NCBI GenBank assembly: GCA_010015805.1
Contig: ML978121.1
Location: 930,001 to 994,000 of the forward strand
Reading direction: 5' to 3'
DNA from: Rhizodiscina lignyota
Lineage: Eukaryota
DNA: 64,000 bases
In this document: one piece after another, positions 46,814 to 59,776 of the stretch
How positions within the stretch are numbered: the first letter of the stretch is position 1
Layout: each line of letters opens with the position of its first letter
Notes under the pieces: generated by a model
The model's database searches: none
What the model was told of the DNA's origin: nothing
Seen by the model: the letters and a program-made list of their open reading frames with translations, nothing else
Made by a program: the position numbers and the translations under genes

Positions 46814-48348
46814 TCACCCTTCCATCGTGTTTCTCCTCGACCGGTCCGTTCTCCCGTCCTTCCTGCCAATGATCGCCTCCAGCGCTTGCTCCAATGCCTT
46901 CTCGTCATACCTCAGCACCTTGCCTCCTTCATTCAGCTTGCGGCCATAGCATTTCAGCGTCTCGATGCCAAGCTGCGAAAGCTCCACCTTGTTCACATAC
47001 GGCGTTTCCGGCCCTTCCAGATACACAATGTTCGTAACGTAAGACCTGTACACCGACGGATCCGGTACTCCAAACATGCCACGAGACTCTTGTCCCGCCC
47101 GTGCAATCGCGGCGACGAAGTCCGTCGCCGTGAACGGTTCTGACGACGGCCCCGTTTCGCGATCGATCGTGCTGTTGAGAATGAGCACCTTGTGCCTGAT
47201 CGACGGCGTGCGAGCAATCGCCTCGCCGACGCCGCGCAGAATCAGATTCGGCACGATGGACGTGTACAGCGAGCCGATGCTGTACACCACTGCGCTCGCG
47301 CTTTCCAGCGCTTCCCTCACCTTCAGGTTCACCGGCGGCCGGATCTCTTGTCCGTACGGGTTGATGTACCAGAGGCGCTCGATGCGTGCCGGGAGGTCCT
47401 CCTCCGCCGCCTTCGAGAAGTTGATGTACCCCTTGCGCAGCGTCGGCAGGCTTCCAGGGAGATTGGCATCTTCGATGCTGTCGTGCGCCTCGACTTCTTC
47501 AGATTCGCGAGACCAGCGAGCGTCGGCAGAGAGAGCGGTTGGTTCGGAAGGATGAGATATGCTGTTCTGGCCGGTGATGGTGGCCCCGTTTGTGAGCAGG
47601 CAGGATATGTGGTGCGTGAAGTTTGTGTTGATGGCCGGGAGGACAGCAACGTGGGAAGGAATGTGGCAGATCGCGCTGAGCAGATAGATTGCTGATTCGA
47701 GAGAGCCGGAGAAGAGGCGCGCCCCAGTCAGGAACAAGTTTCCGATACTGGCCGAGGAGAAATTGAAAACTGATGATGGCCTTGCGCGCTTCACGACCTC
47801 CAAGTTTACGAGATTGAGGAATGAGCGGATGAGTTCTTTCTTTTGGGAAGAGATGTCCGTCCATGACGAATGGCGGGATTCGACAATCTCCAGCCATTCG
47901 AGACGAGCTTGGCTAGAGTCTGCTGGTAAGCGGTGGTTGAAAAAGGCTTTCATGGCTGCCGTCTCGTGATCATCGTCATCGTCGTTGGGAATCAAGCGGA
48001 GGAGACGACCTGTGGAGTTATAAGTGAACTTTTCGGTCAGACAGAATGGTGATTGAGCACATACTGCGAATATCTCCAATACCTAGGGACAAATTAGCGA
48101 TAGTTCAATTCGGGAAACGCAATGGACTCTGATAGGGGTAGGTAGAGTGGCATGCTTTTGGAAATCATACCTGGCCCTCCAAAGACACGAATGAGCTCCG
48201 AGGAACTGCCTCCATTGTCTGAAATGGGAATGACATAGCTCAAAGCGCATCTTCTTGTATCGGAAACAGATCTGAAGACATCAACGAGATTATTGGCGGC
48301 GCTGCCGCCGGAAAAGACGACGATGCCTTTAGCCCTGAGGAAGCTCAT
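46814..48348 (-). CDS. UPF0052 / CofD-like protein (yeast YNL011C-like)
   Basis: VVFSGGSAANN, PISDNGGSSSEL, GGPGIGDIRSRL (via an 18-nt micro-exon 48082..48065), ASIGNLFLTGARLF, GQNSISHP, GSLYTSIVP. Confidence 0.85.
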
Positions 48349-48812
48349 GTTGAATGAAGGGAGACCCAGATGGAGCAAGGAAATCAAGGACTGAATCTTT
48401 CAGCGTTTTCATCTGCTTCATTTCCACTCCTCTTCCCCCTGAAGTCCAGAAGACACCGTGGCAAGAGCGTTGACTGTAGCATTTGATGTTGCCAGATCAC
48501 AAAAGTAGGAGATGCTTTCCGCATCCGCTAATCACGCCCGGGTGTGGCTTGGAGAACGGAGTCATCAGTTCATTGCATTGAGGAATTCGGCCGTCATTAA
48601 CGGCATTTGTATGAATGAAGAACGCTAAATTTTGCAGCAACTAAATGCCGAGTCTGTTTCTTTCGAGCCCACGGCGAATTCCTCAATATATACAGCTTCG
48701 CCATCCCGCCCAGCGAGGAGAACCGCCTCATCTCTGGCCGCTTAGAATTACAGTCTCCGACTCGCAAAGCTCCTCCAAACCATAGAATCTCCCCATCCCA
48801 AAAGCTGCCCCA

Positions 48813-49189
48813 CTACGACATCACAGTAGCCGATGGGTTCAAAGGTGTCAAAGGCGCAGAACCCGCATCCCTTTCCGCCTGCCTTCTCCGCTTCTCAAGC
48901 AGCTTATCTCGCCGATCATGCAATATCTTCATCTGTGAAGTCTCCATGCCTTGTAACCAGTAGCCGAAGATACCACCGACCGAAGCGTATGCAGGATAGA
49001 CCCAGAGAGACTTGGTAGCGAAGAGAGGACGCATTTCGATCCCCAGCTGCCATAGCCGGACCGCGATGCCTGTGGCGCACTGTCAGCTCCAGTCCTGTGA
49101 ACACAATTGCCTCTGCCTTGTCAATTGAAGCCGAGGGATGAATGCCGCCTACCGAAGCCGCCCCAGAAGAGAACTTTGTCCAAAGGCAT
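48813..49189 (-). CDS. NADH:ubiquinone oxidoreductase 14-kDa accessory subunit (NDUFC2/B14.5b-like)
   Basis: Spliced MPLDKVLFWGGFGIAVRLWQLGIEMRPLF...LWVYPAYASVGGIFGYWLQG...LLEKRRR; intron 49152..49070. Confidence 0.85.
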
Positions 49190-50647
49190 TGTGAGGTGTC
49201 GTGAGGTCGTAAGATTCGTGAATTGCTCACCGAGCTTCGAGATAGGGGATTGGAACAGGTGCGCGGTAGGCGATTGAGGATGAATTGGCCAGCTCAGTCG
49301 ACCCCTTTCACTATTTTTCGGGCTGTAGGCGGACAACGCGTGCGTGTGGAGTGAGCGGATGCTGGGCGTTCAAAACAAGCATGGGAGGAGCTCTTCGTCC
49401 ATCCCGAATTCGACCCGCGATTTCATGCAACGGCGCGCCTCTGCTGCGCTGCGGCCATATCGTGTGTCACGTGCAATATTAGGATTCTTTAGGATGCATT
49501 ACTTCCAAGTTGAATGAGCACTTTTACATGACGTGATTTAATGCATAAACGGGAATCCGTTTGCCTCTCCGATCAAGCTCATCTGCTTCGAAATTCACAT
49601 GATATTCTGCGCATTGCTGAAATCGGCGTTAACCATTAACCCTTCGGGTGCTGAGTAAAACTATCTCCTGCTCCTCACGCCTCTGCGTGCGTACCGCGAG
49701 AATGCCGATTTCCTCCTTGTGGCATTCTCTTCGCCGTTGCCCCCGTCTCTTTCCAGTACGATGCTTCGAGGACGATGCAGCGTCTGCCGCCGTGAATGGC
49801 CAAAGACGAAACTTGGAGTCGTATTCTATTTTTGAAGCCGGTGCTTGGATCGGCCGCCGACACCCGCGACTCGCCCTTGAATTCTGGGAAAATGGAAAAC
49901 AACCCGGCCAACGCAGAGACATCAAACTCGCGGCGCCCTCGCGAAGCTCGATATATCACACGCGATTTCCTTCTTGTATATTGCTGCCTTTGCACATCCT
50001 GCAGACACAGCTTCACGGGGGCGCAGTTGGTAAGACAACGGTACCTGGACAAGCTTAATTTGACAAGCACTGGGGCTTCGTTCAACTCCGCAGGACTTGG
50101 TAGCTTCGAGCCGCACTGCCACAGTCAGCAGAATATTGGATCATTGGGTACCCGCAGTGCCATGAGCATCGGGCCACGCTGCTTACACTAATGTCACGGT
50201 AGTAGCTGTACTGTGCGAATAGGATCCGTCCAATGCTCTCCAGCCACAATGTAGCCCTACGCTTTTCTCTTTTCTCATCATGCAGCACTATAAGGAACAG
50301 CCCGTTGATTGGCTGGCAAGAGTTCGTATTCTATGTTTCACTTTCCATCCCTTCCCTCTCCCGGTGGTATTGCGCTCGACGTCATTCTCCACATTCAGGT
50401 CACGGTCACTTGCCTGGCTCTGTCCAGCTTGCCTCCCGTATTCGGATTATGCTGTGTCGTCGAAGTGGCATTTGTTGACTAAATGGCCCCGTCCAAGAGA
50501 AATATAAAGACCTTGGCCATCCTCTCCAAAATGATCATCATCAGCAACCAGCAATCCCATCACTTCCAAACAAAGTAACTCTTAATATCTCCAAACATCT
50601 CACTCGTTCCGATAAACCCACAACAAACCTCTACACCAAAAATCAAA

Positions 50648-51097
50648 ATGTACAAGTCCATTGTCGCCGCTTTCTCCACTCTCCTCCTCGCCTCCACCGC
50701 CATCGCCGCTCCTCTCAGCGAGCGCCAGGAGACGGGCAGCGGGCCGAAGATCGTCACCATCTTCTTCAGCGACGACGCCTGCCAAAACACCGTGCCGGAG
50801 ACCATCTACACGCGGTACATCTATGGCGACGCCGCGTGCCATGACGACTTCATCCTCAGCCAGACCTACTCTTCGCTCATGATCATCGAGATGGACCCGC
50901 AATTCATCGGCACCAACACTGCGCTCCAGGTCGGCAACACCGACGGCGACATCTGCTCCGAGGACACGTTCCAGCACTCGGAGAAGTTCTCCATTGCTAC
51001 CAACGCGACGCTCAACCAGTGCCAGTACATCGGTATTCCAAATGGCCACGGCCCCGATCTTCCGGGCAACGAGTACCGCCTCACTTCCTTGGAGTAG
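50648..51097 (+). CDS. Small secreted protein, 149 aa, 4 Cys
   Basis: Signal-like MYKSIVAAFSTLLLASTAIA-APLSERQ; TATAAA at about 50503; CAAAATG start context; strong C/G-ending codon bias. Confidence 0.8.
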   Translation: MYKSIVAAFSTLLLASTAIAAPLSERQETGSGPKIVTIFFSDDACQNTVPETIYTRYIYGDAACHDDFILSQTYSSLMIIEMDPQFIGTNTALQVGNTDGDICSEDTFQHSEKFSIATNATLNQCQYIGIPNGHGPDLPGNEYRLTSLE

Positions 51098-51367
51098 AGA
51101 TCAGGGGATGTGGTAGTGGAAGAGGTTCAGAGACCATTGTCACTCCTTACTAGATGCGATGCCGATATACGTGGCGCATGACGCATTCTATTCTTGTATT
51201 ACTAGCATGGGTTAAATACTAGAGACTGGGAGATTCATTCCTTCAAATTGTAACATAAGACCGCCGAAACCAGACCGCAATATCTAGAAAATCATATAGG
51301 AAAAAAAAAGAGAAATACAACTCGAGATCAACGCCATGTCCATTCAGATATTTCACGTGCAGTGCCA

Positions 51368-54300
51368 TTAGAAGCTCTCCGCCAGCCAATTCTTCAACCC
51401 TCCGATTGAAGAGAACTCGATGAACAACGAGTCCCGCACCTCCACCTGCAACTCCTGCCGGAATCGCTGCGCAATAACCAGCGACATAAGCGAGTCGATG
51501 CCCAGATTGACGAACAGCGCATCGTCGGTGAGATCAGCGACATCGAGGGCGGTTTCCTCCGACACAATGTTGAGCGCCTTCACCACGGCTGCATTCTCCT
51601 CAGTCTTTTGGTCAGGTGATGTTTCCCCTGGAGCTGACGGAGTTGCACGCGCAGCGTGAATAGGATTCTTTTCGCCGTCCTTCCTACCTTGTGGGGCAGG
51701 AGGTGTCAACGGTGGGGTGGTAGGCATTTCCGCTGTCAACGGCTTCTCAACCACGGTACCCCGGTTTGCCGGCTGTGGCGCCGCCGCATCCGCACCAGCC
51801 GTGATCGTGATGGGCTTCGGCACCGCCTTCGCCGTCGTCTTTGCATCCGGTGGGCTGAAGAATCGGTCCAGCAGAATCCTTGGCCACTGCCTGAACTGAA
51901 TTTGCCCTACGACGCCGATGATTGCGCCCTCCTGCAAGACATACACATCCCCTGCATACACGCCCGCATCCCCGGTCGGAATCATCTTGACGTAGGATTG
52001 ATACTTCCCGCCCGGGATCAAGGGTTTGGCAAAGCGCATCGACTTCCATGCCGGGGTGATGAAGAAGTTGTTCTTATTATCCACCGCATCTGAGACGTTT
52101 AATATGAACCCAGACAGGCTGGTCAGCGCATCGAGGAAATAGGGCGGGTATATCCATTTTCCTTCGTAGTCAGCGGGGAGGGTGACTTCGGCTGCAGCCT
52201 CGAACTTGTCCAATATCACGGACTGCATGCCCCAGTAGGCTTCTGAGTAGTCGACCAGGTTCGCGAAGAGCTTGTACGCCAGCCTCCGGGAGAGCTTATT
52301 CGCGTCACCCGCCTCCGCCATCTGGCGGAGCATGTCGATGCGACTCGATACAAGGTGAGCCAGTGGCGCCCATTCCGAGAGCCAGCTTGTTGGTTCCCCG
52401 AAGTGCACGGTGGCGTGAGCGTACCACAGATCCTTGCGTGGGTTGTACCATTTCACAGATACAGTACCGGTTGCAACATCACCTTCCGCAGATATCCTCC
52501 ACAGCTGTGGCTCCTTGCTGGTCCGTTGAGACACCACAGGTTCATGGTACTCGAAATCTGCCATGTTCATGTCAACCTTGTCAGCCTTGGGATTCAATTT
52601 CCTGAAAATGTAGTCCGCAAGTGTATACGCCGTATCTGCGTGGACAAACTATATGGCAAGTTAGCATTGGTGGGCTTCGTCAAGTAATCTGAATGGGCTC
52701 ACCGAAGACACAACACCGTTGTTGTTCATCTTGTGGCCTTCCACGGCCTTGATAATATCTGGGTGAATGACATTGGACTCAACAACTACCTTCCCAGTTG
52801 TACCTGCGAAGGTTTCTTCGACGACTCTGTGGCATGATGACGTTCTCAAGCTGGACTGCGGCGTTGGTTGGGTCTCCATTGCTGCCGGTAAGGAGCCTTT
52901 GGTCAGCGACCAGTCACCTCGATACTGTATCCAGTATGTCTTGTTGTTCCAGGCATAAGCAGGGAGATTAAGCAAAGACAGCGCTCCTTCAAATGGTCGA
53001 TAGAGCTCTCGCCAGTTAAGCCGCACGCCAGCGCAGTGTAAGGATGCAAGAGACTGCGAGATGGTGCTCCAGTTATCTTCGCCGCGCTTCAGTGATGGAA
53101 CAGCTACATCCACAGCAGGAAGCGTGCTTCGGAGGAATGCGAGACAAATAGGATGAGGTCCTATCTCAATCCAAACAGTCTTTTCGTCGATGATGCCCTC
53201 GTCCAGCGCTGCTTGTAAGCCACTAACAAAGTTGACAGCTTGTCTAGTGGCTCCGACGACGTAGTCACCGTTAATGAATCCACTCTCTTGGACAACTTTG
53301 CCGAGTAGTGGTGAAATGATGGGTACTTGCGGTTTCCGGAATGTCAAGCCCGAGCATACTCGCTCCACAAAGCTCAAGATCGGATCCATCTGCTCTGAGT
53401 GGAAAGCATGTGGGATATCAAGCTTATGTGTCTTGCGTCCCTGGCCTTGAAGTTGTTCTGCAAGAAGTTCCATTTGTATCCTGGTACCGACAACCACGAG
53501 ATCTCTTGGTCCATTCACGCAAGCAATCTCGTATGGCAAACCTCCGGCTGCCTGTGCGATTTCGGCGGGAGTTCCACGCACAGCCATCATCACGAATGCC
53601 CCAGATTCGCATGTTTGCTCCAATGCTCGAGCTCTCTGGCCAACTAGGAAGATCGCGTCACTGGCAGAGAGGACGCCTGCAGCACATAGCGCAGCATATT
53701 CGCCTAGGCTGTGGCCTATGACGATGCTCGGCTTGATGCCAAGGTGCTCCCACAGTCTGGTCAATGCAATCTCAACGCAGACAATGGTGAGCTGCGTCAC
53801 TACAGGCGAAACACCTTGGAGATCTATTATGGACCCTTCAATCGCGGGCAGGATGGAGTCAAAGCCCTGCCTCTTGACAAGATAATCAAGATGCAGTATT
53901 TGCTTCTGGAATACTGGGAAGTCTTGGTAGAGATCTTTGCCGATCCCGATATAGAATGAACCCTGTCCGGTAAAGGTAAATGCAACAGCCGGTGATGCTG
54001 TCGGTACGGATCTGATTGACACGTCTGAGGAGAGGAAGGGTGAAAGGAGCTTGCGGATCTTGCTCGTTTCAGAGACGGCGACAGCCACTCTATGAGTATG
54101 ATGCAGTCGACGCGCACAAAGTGTGTACGAGAGCTCCGCCAGTGATGTTTGAGGATGGCTGTCAACGTACTCGAGCAAGCGGTTAATATTCGCCTTTAAC
54201 GCCGAGTTGCCTTTTGCGGAGATCGTGATGACATGGGTTGATCTAGGATCAGCTCCGACCTTTGTTCGTAGTGGCGCTTCCTCGAGCGCAATGGTCGTAT

Positions 54301-57008
54301 TACCTCCAGCGGCACCAAAATTATTGACAATTGCAATCCGTTTTCTTCTCGATTGCCTTTGCCAGGGTGTCGCATCGAAGGGGATGTGCAGATTCCTTTT
54401 CTGCAATTCCTTTGGAAATGAAGGGGACAAGCTATTTTTAATGCCGATGTAGGGTGGGATCATCTCCTTTTGCAGAACAAGCAGTGTTTTCACGAAAGCC
54501 ATCACTCCAGCAGCGGCTTCTCCATGGCCGACGTTAGCTTTGACTGCTCCGACGTACAGTGGCTGGTCTGCTCGTCTATGGCGGGCAGTAGGTGCAAAAA
54601 CGTCTGTGATTGACTTCGTCTCCGTGGCATCCCCGGCCTGGGTTCCAGTTCCATGCATTTCCACGTAGCCAACACTTAGAGGGTCTATGCCAGCGCGGCT
54701 GGTGACTTGGTTGTAAAGGTACGACTGCGTTCCTGCGTGCGGGTGTGTGATGGATATGGCCTCCGCAGAATGATTTGTCGCAGCCGAAAGGATCACGCCA
54801 AGAATATTGTCGTTGTTTGCCTCAGCGTCAGCCAGTCTTTTGATTACAATAGAGCCAACACCATCAGCACGACAGTAGCCATCAGCTTGGCTATCCCAGG
54901 TTTTGCAACCGCCGGTCTTGGAAAGGAAATGTCCATGGCTCAGGCCTGCATAGACGTCGCAATTCGTAATGACATTCAAGCCCCCCGCGATGACCATATC
55001 AGTATCACCAGCCCAAAGCGACGTACAGGCCATTTGTATTGTCGCTAAGCTGGAAGAGCAAGCGGTATCACAGCTAAAGCTCGGCCCAGAGAATTTGAAA
55101 AAATAATTGATACGGCCAGGTGCGAACGCTCGGCATCCGCCAGGGATAAAGTATGTGCCAACTTCCTGTCCGGAGTTTACTTCGCGATAGTCATCGGAGC
55201 TGCATTATAGTCAGAGTCTATAAACCACCGATATCTCTAAAGACTTACGCTTGACCGTAGAACGTCCCTATCCGCCTCGGGTCAATGCTTTGGCCAGTGA
55301 CATGGCCCGCCATCTCGAGTGCTTCATATGCCGTAACCAACGCTAAACGATGCATTGGATCTGTTTGTTCTGCTTCTCTAGGTGACATGTTGAAGAATGC
55401 CGCATCAAAGAGGCCAGGCTCGTTAATGAAGCAACCGAAAGGCGTATGCGATGCGTTCATTTTCTTTCCCTCGGGATCGAAGTGTGTTTCGACGTTGAAC
55501 CGGTCCGCAGGCACTGTGCGGTGGACGTCCAAGCCTTCATTCAGAAGATCCCAGAATTTTTCGACATCATCGGCCCCTCCCGGGAATCGACATGACATGC
55601 CAACGATAGCCAGCTTTGCTTGAAGCGGTGTCCGTGGATCATCGCATTCGAAAGTAGTGTCTCTTACCCAAGCCACAATGTCCTCTATTGAGGCATCCAG
55701 ATCCGGAATAAGGTTTTCGATTGTCGACTTCATGTCTGCCATAGGGTGTGACGGCCGAAACTCATAGATCTGACAGGTGGAAGCACCAATGCTGCGCCCA
55801 TACTCAGCCGCGCCAATGAGATTGCTTTCCCAACGAACAACCTCTATCAAGACATCGTGTACAATTTGTGCAAATAGCTCTTTCGCACTGGATGCATGAT
55901 ACGGTTTACCAGTCGCAAGGGAGATTACAGGCGAGTCAGGAATGCGATTCAATTTAAGGTTGTTGACGATTGCCGGCACGTGATCAGCGGTATAGACTTT
56001 CCCAGCATGGCAGATACCTCCATAAGCGGTCATGAAAGCATGCTTGCTTCGGCAAAAGAATTCATTCTCTGAGAACAGCGCTTTGATCTTCACTGGGGGA
56101 CCGTCAACGCTGATGGTCTTGTTTCTGACATTGCAGATCATGATGCGGCTCGTTTCTGGAGTGGTCTACGTACAGAAGTCAGTGGGATTGCATAATGGAA
56201 GGGGGACGGAGCTGACCTCGTCATTTTGAGCGGCGTCGAGCTCCTTCTGCACCGTCTCTTCGTCTACATCAAAGATAGCACAGACGTACTTCTTTGGGTC
56301 TTCCCCAAGGACGACGGTCTCCAAAGACCGGGAAAAGTCACCAACAAAGACGCCAAAGCGAAACGCCAGCTTCAGCGTTTCGGCGCCAGCGATTGGAAGA
56401 TCGGTCAGTCTTGGTGAGAGAGATACTGCACCGCACATGAGCATCCCAACGCCCATGCCAAGGAGACATGAATTGGCTGCACTCCAATGGTATTCCTGAG
56501 GCCGGGATTCAAAGTACCTATAAGCCATTAGAACCACATGCGGCATCAAAAGGCGATACTTGACTACTTACAATATGAAGAGTCCTAATTTGAGGATGCA
56601 TAAGAGCACTCTTTCAATGGCACCGCACAGGAGGCCTCTTCGTAGTTCAGGTCCATGTCTTGATAGATCCAGAATAGTCTCGAATGGGGGAAGTAGCTCC
56701 TTGAGGTATTGGGGCAATACCTCAATCTCTTCTCTCAAACCGATCAAGCCCGCCTCTAAGAAAGCCGCCAAAAGAGGGTGTCTTCTGCTCTTGCTCCGGT
56801 TGTGCAACAGCCTGAATAAGTCATCAATATCATCGTGGGGCAGCTCTCCACTGAAAAAGCCAATCTTCATCGTAACTCCTTCACATGCAGAAGAGGCCTC
56901 TTCACTCGGAGGTGTTTGGATCACTGTTCTGTGATCGCCCATATCGTCGTCTACTGGTTGCTCAACCGCGCCGGGTACCAAGAACGAGGTACCTCTTATA
57001 TGAGACAT
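51368..57008 (-). CDS. Non-reducing polyketide synthase SAT-KS-AT-PT-ACP without thioesterase (group V, MdpG/ACAS-like), about 1800 aa
   Basis: SAT GMGVG; KS DTACSSSL, EMHGTGT, KANVGHGE; AT GHSLGE, HAFHS; PT GHKMN and LDAL; ACP LGIDSLMS then stop. Introns 56571..56518, 56216..56166, 55248..55200, 52702..52649 all keep the frame. Start may be 56942. Confidence 0.93.
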
Positions 57009-59776
57009 GTCCCCAAGGCAGGAAATGTATATGCAATCTGCTCACTGGAATGGGAAGTGAGACACAGGAGACATCCAACCGGATGCCTCAGAGCCAGGGA
57101 GCAGGAATGCATGTGAGCGAGCTCTGCAATGGGGTGATAAGAGCGCTAAAACAGCACATCGGACAAATGGCGGGATACCAAGAGAGTAATTAGCGCGAGA
57201 GGAATTACATCAATCGAACTCGCAAGAGCTTCCCTGGAGCCTGGGCCCATCAAAGAAAGACTCCGCGAATTACAATGCAGCGGCCGCTTATCGCGAGCTC
57301 CGGTATTGCGCAGTGTTGATGGTCGCGTAGGCGGCGGCAAGACGAAGACCAGTCGCGTTTATCCCACGCCCCTCTTCGAAGGGAAGCTGATGGGTGCAGA
57401 CAGCGTCTGTGAGTGAGCCTTGTCGGCGGGATTTAAAAAGAATGCGTGGCTAATGTCAGTGGTGCAGGGGTGTCTCTGCAGAGGGAGGGAATTTCGATAT
57501 GTCGGTGGTGTAAGCTGCTCCCAAGAAACCTATACAGGTAAAGGCGAGCTCAGGACCGCAGCGGAAGGCACGGCATGATAGCCACGAGGTTCAATTAGAT
57601 CCAGCACAGCCCTACAACATATGCAGTTTGCTGGTAGTCGCCGTGAGGACCGGACGAGACTGTGACAGGGTGGAGAGTCAGTCCAGTCCCAACGGTGCGG
57701 AGCGTGGCAGATGGCTGTCTACCGTGGCGATGGATGCTCAGACGCTTGGACATCAGAACAGCGGGGAGATCATGGATGAGATCAGGGAACAGGAAAATCC
57801 AGAGATGAGGATATAGAACAAGGAAATGGTATAGATGCCTAGAAAAAGCGCCGGGGGGCACCCGAAGGTCGGACCTGCTCGCCAATGCTTCCGGACTTTG
57901 GGAATGACATCTTCCTCTTCAACGGAGCTTGCTCAGGAAATTGTTCTTTAGAAATTTTCCTGGTAAGCGTTCGTTTCCGCGAGTAGCGCCGGCTATGGTA
58001 AACGCTAACCCTTGATCCCGAGCTATGATTCGCATGCTCTAGCTCCCGCGATGAGTTGGCAAAGCGCGGGTGAGGCCTAGAGCTTTAGCGCTGCAGCTGC
58101 AGAACTGAACATACGCGCGTGCTTGAAAGCCCGGCGCAGTGAATAAAGGCAGGTGAGAGTCAACTCGGAGCGAAGTTCATGAGGTGATCAGGCAATATGC
58201 AGGAGCCGTATCGGAGCGGGTACGTATTTCGGAAGGCGAATTGGATGCGACGCCGCGATGCGCTGGAAATGCATGCCGCGTCTTCATGCAGATGCCCCTC
58301 AGTATCCTATCGATGAGAAGGTCGCGTTTAGGAGCAACCATACTCGAGCAATCGGAAGAGGCGCTGCCCTAATGAAGCAAATCAATGACCTTACGTGGAA
58401 GGATTCGGGAGAACTGGTGGTGGTTGGAGGTTCAGTGCGCGTCTTGCGTTGATGGCGTCTTGGATCCGGTAAGTTCCGGGCCCTTTTCGACGGCGTCACC
58501 AAAGACGCCGACGATAATTTCATCCCGCTCCTTTCGTACCGCACAGTCCCAGTGGTAACTGCAAGAGAATCTTCATGTGTCGGTGCCCAAGCCACTGAGA
58601 GAACAAAATGCGCCGGCCATTTCGAGAGCATCACCCAAGGCTGCGGCCATTACCAGGTCGCTTGACGATGATAGGGCGAGCCAACCTAGACGCAGCGTCT
58701 CGCCAGCATTCTATTCGTTGAGAGACAGGCTATTTCCACGCGAACTTAACCAATGGTTTGGTTCGCATCGGCAGTATTTTCCTCGCAGAAACAATCACAC
58801 CGCGCCGGGCGGCACGGTCCGCGAACCATAGGCTGGTCATGGGGACATGGTGGCTGCAGATGGTTGCAAGGCTTTCTGCATCCGAAAGAGCAGCGCGCAC
58901 AGGCAGAGGCCGCTCGTAGGGGCCGATGGCGTTCTCATTAAGGCTTGATGCCGATGAGGACGGGACATGGTGAATTTCTGCCAGGTCTTGGCGCTTAATG
59001 GTCCAGTCGATGATTCCTTCGGTTGTGGATCCCGGCGACTTCGATGCGGAGATCTGGCCAGGGCTACCTGCAAAGACGGAGGGTAATCGAAGCACACTAC
59101 AAGCATCCAAACATAGTGACCTAATGAGAATGCCGCGGTGTGCCTCCTCTTTGAGTTAAGAGAAGGGTGCCTACTGGCGTACGATAACGCCGATGTTTTG
59201 GCCTAAAAAACCCAGCAGGCTGGCTCACTGATACCTCAATGCAATGGGGACGTAAGGAACAGAATAGCGATCTCTGACAACAGAGTGATACGGACTCTCC
59301 GTTCCATTTGTCAGTGATTGTATTCCAGCCGATGCATGTTCCACTTCGGTTCCATGGGTCTGGCATGTGGTGCCGGCAAATAGTGGGCTGACTTCATCAC
59401 TTCTGTTTAGTGACCAACAGAGAGGTTGCCCAACGACCGTACCGAGATCGGAAGAGTGTCTGCTGAGAAATTGTAGCGGAATCGCGCGAGTCTGTACGGC
59501 TGATTCTGGCGGGATACCAAGGAATACCAGACGGAGATGTCTTAGGATTCATAATTGCTCACTCCTACCTATACTTCAACGAGTAGGATAATTGAATGCC
59601 ACAGCCGGAGCATCTGTCGATGGTGACGATAGTTGAGTTTCCTGAGTGGCTGGACCACACCCACACCGAGGTACACCAATCACTCAGCAAGCCACAGTAG
59701 CTTAATCCAACTACTGTGAAACGTGAGAAGCAGGTGTCATTCGTGTAAATGATGGGGCTGCATGCCGACACGCTAT

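Noticed and set aside
50600..51049. 149-aa antisense ORF over the small secreted protein, and similar shadow ORFs over the opsin, pseudo-pepsin and UPF0052 genes
   Set aside because: Expected by-product of high GC3 codon bias on the sense strand.
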